Origin: Hypanus sabinus
Taxonomy: Eukaryota
DNA length: 64,000 bases
Reading direction: 5' to 3'
NCBI RefSeq assembly: GCF_030144855.1
Contig: NC_082731.1
Location: 16,244,001 to 16,308,000, forward strand
The translations under genes and the position numbers were made by a program. The notes under the pieces were generated by a model. It did not search any database and had not been told where the DNA came from. It saw only the letters and a program-made list of their open reading frames with translations. Shown in pieces: positions 25,113 to 36,830 of the stretch (the first letter of the stretch is position 1; every line of letters starts with the position of its first letter).

Positions 25113-25900
25113 AGTCAAGTCAAGTCACTTTTATTGTCATTTCGACAATAACTGCTGGTACGGTACACAGTAAAAATGAGACAATGGTTTTTACAGGACC
25201 ATAGCTTAAGTCAAGTCACTTCTATTGTCATTTCGAGCATAACTGTTGGTACAGTGCATAGACTACAGACCTACCCAGGACTGCATATACCTGTGTGTAG
25301 TTAAGTGACAATACACTTCACTTGACTATAGTCAAGTCAAGTCACTTGTATTGTCATTTCAACCACAACTGCTGGTACAGTACATAGTAAAAATGAGACA
25401 ATGTTTTTTCAGGACCATGGTGTTACATGGCACAGCATAAAAGCTAGACTGAACTACACAAAAAAAAAACAACACAGAAGAAACAACTAGACTAGACTAC
25501 AGACCTACCCAGGACTGCATAAACTGCACAACGAGTCCAGGCAGTACAATAAATAATAAACAGGACAATCGGACAGTACGTTGGTGTCAGTCCAGGCTCT
25601 GGGTATTGCGGAGTCTGATAGCTTGGGGGAAGAAACTGTTACATAGTCTGGTCGTGAGAGCCCGAATGCTTTGGAGCCTTTTCCCAGACGGCAGGAGGGA
25701 GAAGAGTTTGTATGAGGGGTGCGTGGGATCCTTCATAATGCTGTTTGCTTTGCGGATGCAGCGTGTAATGTAAATTGAGTTTTGATAAATCTGTTTCATG
25801 TAGCACCGTGGTCCTGAACAACGTTGTCTCATTTTTACTGTGTACTGCACCTGCAGTTATGGTCGAAATGACAAAAGAAGTGCCTTGACCTGACTTGAAT
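25113..25900 (-). mobile_element. Rex1/Babar-like 3' end with triplicated and inverted tail
   Basis: KANSIMKDPTHPSYKLFSLLPSGKR..RLCNSFFPQAIRL; aagtcaagtcacttttattgtcatttc tail repeated near 25115, 25208 and 25335, and inverted near 25860-25897. Confidence 0.75.
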
Positions 25901-25964
25901 GCTTGTCTTGTATATAATTTGGCATAAAACCGGTAATCCAGCTGTCGGCAAGTGTCCTGGAGGT

Positions 25965-26190
25965 TCCACAAAATGCTGGAGATACTCGACCGGTCATACT
26001 ATGGAAAACAGGAAACATTCTGGGCCGAGATCTTATATCAGGACTGGATAGGAAGGGGAAGAAGCCAAAGGAGAAGGTGGGGAGGGGGGGGGGAGGACAA
26101 GCTGGATGGTGGTGGAGGAAGACGCGGAAAGACGATGAGGTGAAAAGGGCAAAAGGCTGGAGGAGAGTGGACAATGGGAGAAAGGGTGCA
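25965..26190 (-). mobile_element. Decayed Penelope-derived element
   Basis: cacaaaatgctgga..gggccgagatc..tcaggactgg family sequence. Confidence 0.55.
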
Positions 26191-26199
26191 GCTGGGGTT

Positions 26200-27060
26200 C
26201 AGTGAGAAGTTAAACGTTAAAATTCATTTCAAAGCTGATGGACCTTTGCAGCTGAGATGAGTTATGCCTTCTCTTCCGAGGGCCGACAACTGATACACCG
26301 GCGTTACAGAGGGAACATTTGTCCACTCCTTCAAGAACTTGAAAAAGCTCGTCTCCCGGCCGGCTTACTCCAAATCTTGCCCCTACACTGAATACCTACT
26401 CGAATTCATAATGCTACGATTGGTGTGCTGTCCTCTCGACCATCTGCACCTCCACATTCAATGTCCGGTGGCCTTCAGACAGACAGACAGACTTTATTGA
26501 TCCCGAGGGAAACTGGGTTTCGTTACAGCCGCACCAACCAAGAATAGTGTAGAAATATAGCAATATAAAACCACAAATAATTAAATAATAAGTTAATCAC
26601 GCCGAGTGGAAGTAAGTCCCGGACCAGCCTATTGGCTCAGGGTGTCTGACACTCCGAGGGAGGAGTTGTAAAGTTTGATGGCCACAGGCAGGAATGACTT
26701 CCTATGATGCTCAATGTTGCATCTCAAGTGCTATGAACTGACCAACACATCAGGACTGACGTGTTGTGTTTGAGATTCCCATACACCAGGTGTCCACGGA
26801 CTCCTTACTTAGTAGCACTGGTCCACGGGGACCCCTGCCATACTCAAATCCTTCTTCACTACAAAAAAATGTAGACGGTGAAGGGTAGTATTTCAGCTGA
26901 TATGTCTCCGGCATGGCAGTGTCACAATGAGGCTCAACACAATTTGGATAAATAACTCCCTTTCCAACTGGACACGGCGCAGGCATCCGGACAGAGCGTC
27001 GGTCCTCCTGTATTCTCAGAATGGGTCACTTCTGCCCTTCGTCAGCCTGTGACTTGGATC
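26200..27060 (-). pseudogene. Decayed ZNF intron/terminal-exon junction (C')
   Basis: gacgtgttgtgtttgagattcccatacac and gtcacaatgaggctcaacacaa blocks align to 59320-59500; 26280-26345 aligns to 53935-54000. Confidence 0.55.
26787..26837. mobile_element. 51-bp hAT-type micro-MITE
   Basis: CAGGTGTCC...GGACCCCTG termini; 8-bp TSD CCATACAC/CCATACTC. Confidence 0.65.
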
Positions 27061-27409
27061 TCAACTCCGTGACCCGGGCGTGTCCCACACGTGGAGCAGA
27101 GAGCGAGTTTGTAAATCCGACGGGAGCAAAAACTGTTGGGAATGGGGAGGGTGGAGCGCCGCGGGCGGGGTGGCAGAGAAGGAGGGCTTGGGGCGGGGAT
27201 TAAGCGGGTGCAGACACACCCAGCCCGGAGACACCAGGCAAGGTCATTTGATTCCAAACAATTGATCTATTGACCATTACAGAATGTCTCTCTAGTGCTT
27301 CCTGCTCCTTCATCTCAATATGAGTTGTGGATTCCATAGTTTGTGGGGGTGTCTGAAGTTGGGCTGACTTCACAACGAAGTCTGACGATGCTGACTGTTC
27401 CTGAACCTG

Positions 27410-29050
27410 GGAGGGGCGGCCCACAAATAAACGTGAAGAGCCAAGAGGAACGAGGGAGAGGAGGGAATGTGAGTTGGGGGCGTTACTGGAATCAGGGCGG
27501 AATGGGGGCCGGCTTGCGGACGGCTGCTGAAGCTGGAGGGTCGACTCTGAGAAATTGAGCTGAGGGGAAATGGGGTAACCTAGAGACAGGTGGGGGGGGG
27601 GAGTCAGGAATTGCAGACCTGGAAGAAAGAGAAAGGACGATCCAGAAACCCGGGGCTGTGGAGGGGGGGGGGGGAAGTGAGCCAAATATGGGGGAAATGG
27701 TGATGGGGGAAGAGGGCAACAGAGAGGGGGAGAAGGGAACAGGGCACCCCACATAAGAGTTACGGGGTGGCGGTTGGGGAGGAAGGGGAGTAAGTGGGGA
27801 ACTCAATGGCAGCTGAAAGGATCGGCGGGGAAGGGGTCCGGGACCACCAAATGACGGGGAATGTCGACAGAGCGAGGGCAGGGAAGAGGCAAGTGGCGCC
27901 TTAGAAAGGAGGGGAGGGTTTGAGGGTAAGGGGAGAGATCCAGAAACGGGGAAGGGCGGGGAGGGAGAGACAGGTCACGGTGTGAGGTGAAAAGCAGATG
28001 GGGACAGGGGGCAACCAGACATCAATTATAATGTGGGAAAAAGGAATTTACCCTGATAACGGGTGTGGGCCCCAGAGATTTCAGGATACAAAGACTGAAA
28101 GGGGAAGAGAACGACCAGTAGATGGGGTGTGGGGAGGGGGATTAAAAAGACCCAGAGAGAGAGGGAACTAAGCTGGTGACAAAGAGACGACTGAGGGGGT
28201 GAGTACGTGGGAAGGGGCAACCCAGAAACCAAATGAGAGAGTGACGGTGTCAGATGAGGGGTAGATGATGCAAGGGGGCGAGCCAGAGATGGGTGGAGGG
28301 AAGGGTGATTCAGGGAAGGGGGGGCGACCCAGGCAGAGCATGGGTGGAAGGGGGCGTCACAGAGACCAGGGAGAGGTGGTGCTAAACAGGAGGGTTAAGA
28401 GGGCAACATAGAGGCAGGGAGTGGGGGTAAATAAAGAATCCTCACATGGCAGGTGGTGACCTGGGGGGAGGGAGGGGCAATCAAGACACAGGGGAGGTAG
28501 TAAGGCGGTGACAGAGACGATAGGGTAACTGAGTGGTAAAGGGGCGAACAAGAGACAGGAGAAGGGGGAAACTGGGACCCAGGGAGGGAATAGTACGAGG
28601 AGAGGAGAATGATCCAGAAATGGGAGATATGGGCGGGGATTTGGGATGGGGTAAAGTGTGGACCCAGAGGTGGGAGACAGGGTTGGGGGAAAAGAGGTTT
28701 ACCTAGAGAAGGGGGTAACATTTAAACCGGTGGGGGTAGGGAGAATGATAGGGGTGGACCCCGACAGGGAGAGGGGGAAGGGCACGACCCAGAAACTCGA
28801 GGCGGTGGGGGGGGGGGAGGGCCATGCGGTAAAAAGGACGAACGGAATATATTAATGGGGAAACCCAGTCGCAGGAAGGGGGCAACACAGTGATAACATA
28901 AGAGTTAATGTGTTAACCCAGGGTCGGGGTAGGTGAGGGACTGGGGAAGAGGGCATCCTCATTGATGGGAGGAGGGTGTAGAAAAAGGGGGAGAGGGGGT
29001 GATCCAGAGACGGGACTGGGGGGGGGGAGGGTTGGTGGAGATAGGGTGAA
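27410..29050 (+). repeat. G-rich cryptic satellite tract
   Basis: Recurring GGCAACCCAGAAAC/GACCCAGAGA variants among G runs. Confidence 0.7.
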
Positions 29051-30265
29051 GGAAACCACTGCTCTCAAAACAAAAATTGTTGCATATCTCAAGTTTTCAA
29101 AAGACCACCTTGATATTCCACAATGCACCTGGGACAACGTTCTGTGGACAGATGAGACAAAAGTTCAACTTCTTGGCAAAAATGCACACCACTGTGTTTG
29201 GTGGGAAAAGGGCAGTGCACACCAACAGCAAAACCTCATCCCAACTGTGAAGCGCGGTGGACGGAGCATCGCGGTTTGGGGCTGCTTTGCTGCCTCAGGG
29301 CCTGGACAGCTGGAGGGAACAATGAATTCAAGACTGTGAGGAGGAATGGCCTAAAATTCATCCAAGTCGATGTGCAGGACTGATCAACAGTTACCGGAAA
29401 TGTTTGATTGAAGTTATTGCTGCATGAGGGGGACACACCAGTTCCTGAAAGCAAAGGTTCTCATACTTTTTCCAACAAATACATGTAATATTGGGTCATT
29501 TTTCTCAATATACGAATGTAAAGAGGGTTTCTTCTTTTTGTTAACTAGCAGGAATGCTAATTTACTGATAACGAGAATGGTATTCCTTTGTAAACCAAAT
29601 GGGGATTAATGTTCTTTCTTCTGAGTCTGTAAGCTTTTGTTGACGGGCTTTTGGGGAGATCGGCACGAGGGGGTCGAGAGAGAGGACGCAATGCTCTAAG
29701 CTGGGCGAGGATCGGACCCCAAAGGGGGGTCCGAGGCCGGGAGATTCTCCGAGGGGGGGGGGGGGTATGAAGCTAGATGTGCTTGGTTGACCACTCGGAG
29801 GGTCCTGAGCTGTTTGGAGAGTCCGAGGAGTTCGGAGGGTCCTGAGCTGCGAGTCGAGGAGTTCGGAGGGGATCGAATGGTGGCCAGAAGACTTCAGAAA
29901 TTGAGCTCCAACGGTTGTGCGCGAAGTGGTTTGGGCTTTGATAAGTTTGGCGCCTTTTCTTTAATTTTCTCTTCATATATACTGTATCGTTATTAATCAC
30001 TTAGTTATAGTAACCTTTATAAATTGTACTCATTTAATCGCATATGGTGTACTGTCTGTTTTTGGGTGAGGCGGGGACATCACACAGTATCCACACCAGC
30101 TGATTACCCAGTTTGGCGGAGCCGAAGGCTGCTCCCCCTAGACGAGAATGAGCTGAGCGAGCCTGAGGCGACCCAGGGGGTTACACGAATGAACAAGTAT
30201 GATGTTTTTGTGTTCATTATTTAAGTTAGGTTCTCTTTATCTAGTTGTCGGACTTACGTGACTTA
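29051..30265 (+). mobile_element. Tc1-like DNA transposon remnant (internally deleted transposase)
   Basis: WDNVLWTDETKVQLLG...LIPTVKRGGRSIAVWGCFAASGPG and C-terminal EEWPKI..RCAGLINSYRKCL motifs. Confidence 0.88.
29517..30185. mobile_element. Solo LTR (669 bp, Gypsy/ERV1-type) nested in the Tc1 remnant
   Basis: TGTAA...TTACA termini; 4-bp TSD CGAA at 29513-29516 and 30186-30189; Tc1 sequence resumes afterwards. Confidence 0.85.
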
Positions 30266-32139
30266 CACTTACTGACCACTGTGACCCCAAAATGATTGTC
30301 GGTGGTAAACTCTGAAATGGCAATGGTAATCAAGTCAAGTTTATTATAATTTAACTCTATGCATGTATGTAATGTATATAACCACATAATGTTTATAGAA
30401 AAGAGATGTTTCTGTGAGTCAGGGTGTAAACCATAACACACAGTAACTTACAGATAAAACCTACATATGTATCGCACATAAATAACAAACTAAAGTGGAT
30501 TAATATTAAATATTGTAAGGTATGGGACAGATTAACCAGTGATACTTTGAATGCAATGCGGTGGGGGGTTCAGAAGCCTAAAGGCCCGGTGGAAGGAATG
30601 TTTCTCGTCCTGACCGTTCTTGTTTTTGTCTTGAATATTAAGGCTGGGTGATGAGATTTTCTTGCTGAGGTTGTAAATGTGTGGAACTTCGGTGTTGTGA
30701 ATACTGCAAGTCACTTGTTTTCCCTAAACAGAGGTGTTTGTTATCGATGCGCACACAGACAGGACAGAGGAAACAATGGTCTCGCTTAGTCGAAGGATCC
30801 AGAACCAGATAACGTTTAACAAAGCTGACCTGCTAAAGAACTGGAAGTGATGTAAGGAGAAGATTTCCCCATGCAGATCTAAACGGCATCTTAATTCACA
30901 GAAAGTTGTACCCAGCCCTTTCCTTTGAGGCGCGGTCTCAACTATTCCCATGATTTACTGAAGTATCCACATCAGCTTGGTCTGCACATCCCACCCGATC
31001 TCAATGTTTCACTTCAATTGGTAGAAAATCGATCAACTACTTGGCTGAAAGATACGTTAGAAATCCATTATGCAAAATAAACTGGGAACTATCTACTTTT
31101 TTCCAACTCCCAAATCCTCAGATCATTTCCGTGCCGATGAAAGTCCGCCCCTACCTGCTGCCGCATGGCCGGTGCCTTTTGTCCGCCGTGGGCATGCACG
31201 CCGTTCAGCGCAACTTTGGACTTTGGGCACCTGCGCACTCGAGTCACGCCGGAATTAAATTCTGATGCTCAGAGATTAAGAACAGGGTGATTCAAAGTGT
31301 TCACAAGTACTGTCTCCCTTCTGGCAAATCCACTATTTCTTACTAGAACTCAGCATGCAATTCAACACAGCAAGCTCCCACAAGCAAGGAACTCAATGAC
31401 AACAGTGAAAGTCAACCAGATTTTTTCTCTATCAATCAGCTTCAAAATATTGCCACTCTGTCATTCATCGGCGGTGCCCTCCCGCTCTATTTCCCTGCTC
31501 CTCATCTCAAGCTCTTACCCCTACCCTGCCCTGTGCAGACCTGTCTCTGGTCTCTGACCCTGCTCCACTAAACATCCAACTAACGGCGCACCATTCTGCT
31601 TTAGAGGCAGCCCAGCTGTGGGAGACCCAGGACATTGAAAAGAGCAGGGGGTAAGGACAGTCACAACCAGTGTCAGTCCTCCTCAGCCCGGAGATTCGAG
31701 GGACGAAGAGAATGAAAGACAACCACAGACAACTGAGCTCATCTTCTTCAGCCTGCAGAGAATCATGCAGGAAATTCAGCGGAAACCTCTTCACCCGGTG
31801 GTGGCCACTTGGAATCTATCATCACTGGGACAGCGAGAAGTGAGCAGCAGGGCTGCATTTAAAAGGACTGTTGCGGAACAGAAACATGGGCAGAACTGGG
31901 TCCTAACTGTACCCTGGGTGTGTTGTAGATTCACTAAGTACCTGAGACGAAGATTAAAATAGAACTGATTTATTTGTAACAGAAACAGGATATTAAACTC
32001 CAATTGTAATAGAGGTGAACAGCAGAAGGAACTCCTCTCAGGCCCAGTGACCAGGGGCTGATGAGCAGCAGCGATCATTGCAGATTCTGACGCCAACAGT
32101 CACTTTTGAACTTGTCTCTGGATTCGGCAACTGCGATGG

Positions 32140-33978
32140 TTAACTATTAGCTTGCATCTCACTAAACTTTTCCCTTGTGTGAATTCGGCCATGCTTCATA
32201 AGGTGGGATAATTGAGTGAATCCCTTCCCACAATCTGAGCAGGTGAATGGCCTCTCCCCAGTGTGAATTCGCTGGTGTACCTTCAGTTGAGATGACTGAA
32301 TGAATCCCTTCCCACAGTCCGAGCAGGTGAATGGCATCTCCCCAGTGTGAACTGACTGATGTGCCAGAAGGTCAGATGACCGAGTGAATCCCTTCCCACA
32401 CTCAGAGCAGATGAACGGCCTCTCCCCAGTGTGAACTGACTGATGTGCCTGTAGGTGGGATGACCGAGTGAATCCCTTCCCACATTCAGAGCAGATGAAT
32501 GGCCTCTCCCCAGTGTGAACTGACTGATGTGTCTGTAGGTGGGATGACCGAGTGAATCCCTTCCCACATACAGTGCAGGTAAAAGGCCTCTCCCCAGTGT
32601 GAACTCGCTGATGTACATTCAGTTGAGAGGACTGAGTGAATCCCTTCCCACAATCTGAGCAGATGAATGGCGTCTCCCCAGTGTGAACAGTCTGGTGCGT
32701 TTGTAAGTGAGATGATCGAGTGAATCCTTTCCCACATTCAGAGCAGATGAATGGCCTCTCCCCAGTGTGAATTCGCTGATGTACCTTCAGTTGAGATGAC
32801 TGAGTAAATCCCTTCCCACAGTCTGAGCAGGTGAACGGCCTCTCCCCGGTGTGGACTGACTGGTGTGTCTGCAGGTGGGATAACTGAGTGAATCCCTTCC
32901 CACATTCAGTGCAGATATACGGCCTCTCCCCGGTGTGAACTCTCTGGTGTGTCAACAGATCAGACGACCGAGTGAATCCCTTCTCACACACGGAACAGAT
33001 AAATGGCCTCTCCCCAGTGTGAACTCGCTGGTGTCTCTGCAGGTGAGATGGGTGGGTAAATGTCTTCCCACACTCTGGGCAGACGAATGGCCTCTCCCCG
33101 GAGTGAACTCGCTGATGTACCTTCAGTTGAGATGACTGAGTGAATCCCTTCCCGCAACCTGAGCAGGTGAACGGCTTCTCCCCAGTGTGAACTCGCTGGT
33201 GTGTCAGCAGATCAGATGACCGAGTGAATCCCTTCCCACACTCAGAGCAGATGTACGGCCTCTCACCTGTGTGAAACCGCATGTGCGTGAGCAGATCCGA
33301 TGACCGAGTGAAGCTCTTCCCACACACGGAACAGATGAACGGCCTCTCCCCGGTGTGAACTCGCTGGTGTGTCAGTAGGTGAGATGGGTAAGTGAATGTC
33401 TTCCCACAGTCCGAGCAGATGAATGGTCGTGCCCCAGTGTGAACTAACTGGTGTGTCTGTAGATACGATGATCGAGTAAAACACTTCCCACATTCCGAGC
33501 AGATGAACGGCCTCTCCCCAGTGTGAACTGACCGGTGTGTCTGCAGGTAGGAAGACCGGGTGAATCCCTTCCCACATTCAGAGCAGATGTACGGCCTCTC
33601 CCCAGTGTGAATTCGTTGGTGTCTCCGCAGTTCAGATGATCGAATATACGACTTGCCACAGTCGGAGCAGATGAACGGCCTCTCCTTGGAGTAAACTGGC
33701 TGGTGTCTCATCAGGTCGGACGAATCAGTGAATCCCTCCCCGGACACGGAAGAGATGAATAGTCTCTGCTCCTTCTGAACTTGCTGGTGTGTCTGCAGCT
33801 GGCTGAGTGAGTGAATCTCTTCCCACATATGGAAACGGTGAACTGTCTCACTAAGCTCTGAACTCGCTGATGTATCTTCCGGCTGGTGACTGAGTACATC
33901 CCCTCCCACGCACAGAAACGGTGAATGGCCGTAACCCAGTGTGAACTCACTGTCGGTGGGCTGAGCGAGTGAATCCAT
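32140..33978 (-). CDS. C2H2 zinc-finger protein (paralog C), 18 fingers
   Basis: Open frame; first ATG at 33978, while the ATG homologous to paralogs B/D is at 33711; acceptor at 34556; polyA signal 31969-31974. Confidence 0.92.
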   Translation of the reverse strand: MDSLAQPTDSEFTLGYGHSPFLCVGGDVLSHQPEDTSASSELSETVHRFHMWEEIHSLSQLQTHQQVQKEQRLFISSVSGEGFTDSSDLMRHQPVYSKERPFICSDCGKSYIRSSELRRHQRIHTGERPYICSECGKGFTRSSYLQTHRSVHTGERPFICSECGKCFTRSSYLQTHQLVHTGARPFICSDCGKTFTYPSHLLTHQRVHTGERPFICSVCGKSFTRSSDLLTHMRFHTGERPYICSECGKGFTRSSDLLTHQRVHTGEKPFTCSGCGKGFTQSSQLKVHQRVHSGERPFVCPECGKTFTHPSHLQRHQRVHTGERPFICSVCEKGFTRSSDLLTHQRVHTGERPYICTECGKGFTQLSHLQTHQSVHTGERPFTCSDCGKGFTQSSQLKVHQRIHTGERPFICSECGKGFTRSSHLQTHQTVHTGETPFICSDCGKGFTQSSQLNVHQRVHTGERPFTCTVCGKGFTRSSHLQTHQSVHTGERPFICSECGKGFTRSSHLQAHQSVHTGERPFICSECGKGFTRSSDLLAHQSVHTGEMPFTCSDCGKGFIQSSQLKVHQRIHTGERPFTCSDCGKGFTQLSHLMKHGRIHTREKFSEMQANS

Positions 33979-34109
33979 TCTCACGCTGAGAGCGGGGGAA
34001 TGGTATCGCCCGCTTATCAATTCTCTAGAAATTCATCAAGTCAGGCGTCAGACATTGAGAATCCGTCGCGCAAACGGTCGATGAACTGACCTCTAGTAAC
34101 AAGACCAGA

Positions 34110-34385
34110 ACAGGTTCTGCAGGGGGTGGAGATCCAAGGCCACGCGCACAAGATGCTGGAGGGACTCGGCAGGTCAGGCAAACTGCATGGAGTTGAACAA
34201 ACAGTCGATGTTTCTGGCCGAGACCCTTCTTCAGGACTGGAAAGGAAGGGGGAAGGTGGCCGAATGAAAAAAGTTGGAGGGAGGGGAAGGAAAACTTGCC
34301 AGAATGTGATAGGTGGGTGGGAAGGCAAAGGGCTGGAGAAGAAGTAATCTGATTGGAGAGGGGAGTGGACAATAGGTAAAACGGA
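34110..34385 (-). mobile_element. Penelope-derived element with a near-intact hammerhead motif (34202-34239) inside the ZNF C terminal exon
   Basis: Minus strand reads cagtc-CTGAAGA-agggtctcggcca-GAAAC-ATC-gactg; absent from the equivalent position in paralogs A, B and D. Confidence 0.75.
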
Positions 34386-35109
34386 GTCCAGTGGAGTTCA
34401 CTGAATTAAATCAGAAAACTTCATTTCTGAGACAAAGCATGCTTCCATCTTGGGCAAGGAAAATATCTGGTCACTCCTCAAATATCTGGGCAGACACAGA
34501 ACAGGCATGTTGTTGTCTTTGAGATTCCCGTACACAAATTCCTTGCTGTTTCTATCCTGTAAAAAGATTTACAAAAGACATCAGTGGGTGAAGGACAGCG
34601 TTTCAGGTTAGACAATTTCAGTGCCTGTGGTGAGATCTGACATCACACTGTCTCAGTGTGGTTCAACACAAGTTGGAGGAACAACTGGTCCTGTTACTGG
34701 GCCTCAGATCAGGCAGCCAGACTGACCATCGAATTCTCTGACTGCCTGGTTATCTGTATCAGAATGGACATTTCTGACCATCGTCAATCTGAGACTTCAC
34801 TGAGTTTGTCCCTCTCCAATGAAATTATTTCTAGTTCTGTGCATGTCCAATTGTGCCATAAAGAGCAGATCACATCACATGACTGATCCTGGAGACTTTC
34901 TAATTACTCTGACCTGCCCCCCCCCACCCCCTTGCAGATGATTGACAGCGATGCAAAGCCAAAGAACATGAAGGGAAGGGCATTGGTTTTTCTCACTGCA
35001 GATTGCTGATATGTGGCATTTTTATGATGTGAAAGCTACGGGGCATTAGTTATCCAGGACAAAGATGTCTGATGTCATTTACCAGAGAAAATGCGGCTAA
35101 ACATGTCCT

Positions 35110-36165
35110 CACGGCTGCTAGCACGGAAAGGAGGTAGACTCACAGGCAGGAGGAAAGGCTGGTTTCTGGTTGGCTGTTGGCTTTCTGGTTGGCTGTTGGG
35201 TATTAGTGAGGCATTTTCCATGGGCTGTGTTGGGACTGCTGCGTTCGGAATGTTATCAGAGACTCAGACGACGGGATTGATAGCTTTTGTGGCCAGGTTT
35301 GCAAAAGCCACAGGGATAGGTGGAGGGGCAGATAGCGCTTAGCAAGCAGGGAGTCTGCAGAAGGGCTTAAGACAGATTGTGAGAATGGAAGAAGAAGTGG
35401 TAGTTGGAATATAGTGTAGGGAAGTGTATTGTCATGCACATTGGCAGGCAAGAAAAAAGGCAGAGACTGTTTTCTAACTGGGGAGAAAATCCAAAGATCA
35501 GGGGTGCAAAGGGACTTGTGCAGGATTCCCTGAAGGTTAATTTGTAGGTTGATTGGGTAGTTAGGAAGGCAAACTACCATTCGTCTCGAGAAGACTGTAA
35601 TATGAAAGCCCGGATGAGAAGCTGAGGATTTATAAGGCGCTGGTCCAATTAGATTTGGTGCATTACCAACAGCAGTTTTTGGCCCCTTATCTAAGAAAAG
35701 ATGTTCCAGATTTGCAGAGGGTCCAGAGGACGTTCAGAAGATGCATAAACAACACACATGAATACAGAAATCACACCAGGATTGAATGGGTTAATGCACA
35801 AGGAGTGTTTGATGGGTCTGGGTCTGTAATCGCTGGAGGTTAGAAGAATGGGGGAGGGGGGAGTTCTTGGATCAGAGGGCACAGCCTCAGTATTGAACAG
35901 AAATGTTCAATCCGTGTAGCACAGAAATGAGGAGGAATTTATTTAGCCAGGGGGTCGTGAATCTGTGCCAAATACGGCCGAGGAAACGGATTCATTGGGT
36001 ATATTGAAAGCTGTGGGTGATAGGTTCCTGATTAGTCACGGCTTCATAGATTATGGGAGAAATCTAAAGAATGCGATGGAGAGGGATAATTAATTAGGCG
36101 TGGTGGAATGCAGAACAGACGACGAGACGAATGGCCTAATTCTGCTCCGATGTCTTACGGTTTTG
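35110..36165 (+). mobile_element. Old intronic CR1 LINE, antisense to ZNF C
   Basis: Decayed FVARFA.., FLAPYLRKDV..LQRVQR peptides and CR1 tail. Confidence 0.7.
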
Positions 36166-36369
36166 TGGACTTGGGGGTAACAAGGTCCTGAACCACAGGA
36201 GGTGTTACAAAGCTGCATCTCTTTTTGCTGTACCGCACTAATTGATATTTTCAGTGACTGAATGAGACGCTTCAGCCGAGAACTGTATCTTTGTTCCCAG
36301 CTCCCGGTGCTTGGATTTAGACAGCTACAACCCGGCAGTATCTGAGAGAAGCATCCGAACAAGTCTTAC

Positions 36370-36828
36370 ATACTGCCGGGGGGGATCACTCCTGACAGTC
36401 CCGACACCCAGAAAATGACAAGAAGGAGACCCCCGACAATCCGTCACCGTCGCACCGGTACGCATGCGCTGCAGAAATGGCGCAGCACTTCCGCTCATCA
36501 GCAGAAAAATTTTTTCCCGGGGCCTTGGATGCAGATCGTGGGGCCGGGTCCGAGCCGGGGGTTCGGGGCCGCGGTGTGTCCGGAGCTCGCAGCAATTGTC
36601 GCCCAGTCGGAGAGCGACGCCACCCAGGTAACGAAACCCCCCCGCCCCCGCATACCCGGTCCTACCTGCCCGCCTGCCGGCCATCGACCAGTCTTTTGTC
36701 CGCCGAACGCATGCGCACTTCCCCGAACCCAGCCGCAGCCCTCGCGCCTGCGCGCTTGGTGGGCGGCCCGCCACCGGCGCTTTCTGAGGCGCAGAGGCAT
36801 TTGGGTAAGCGAGATGCCATTCAACGCC
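36370..36828 (-). promoter_or_regulatory. CpG-island promoter/first exon of ZNF C
   Basis: ACGCATGCGC near 36460 and 36707; AAATGGCG 36475-36482; candidate donor GCA|GTATGT near 36373. Confidence 0.72.
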
Positions 36829-36830
36829 GC

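Noticed and set aside
33979-34020. ORF-track start of ZNF C at 34020 (and of ZNF D at 58911)
   Set aside because: Non-ATG codons; eukaryotic ATG starts at 33978/33711 and 58881 are preferred
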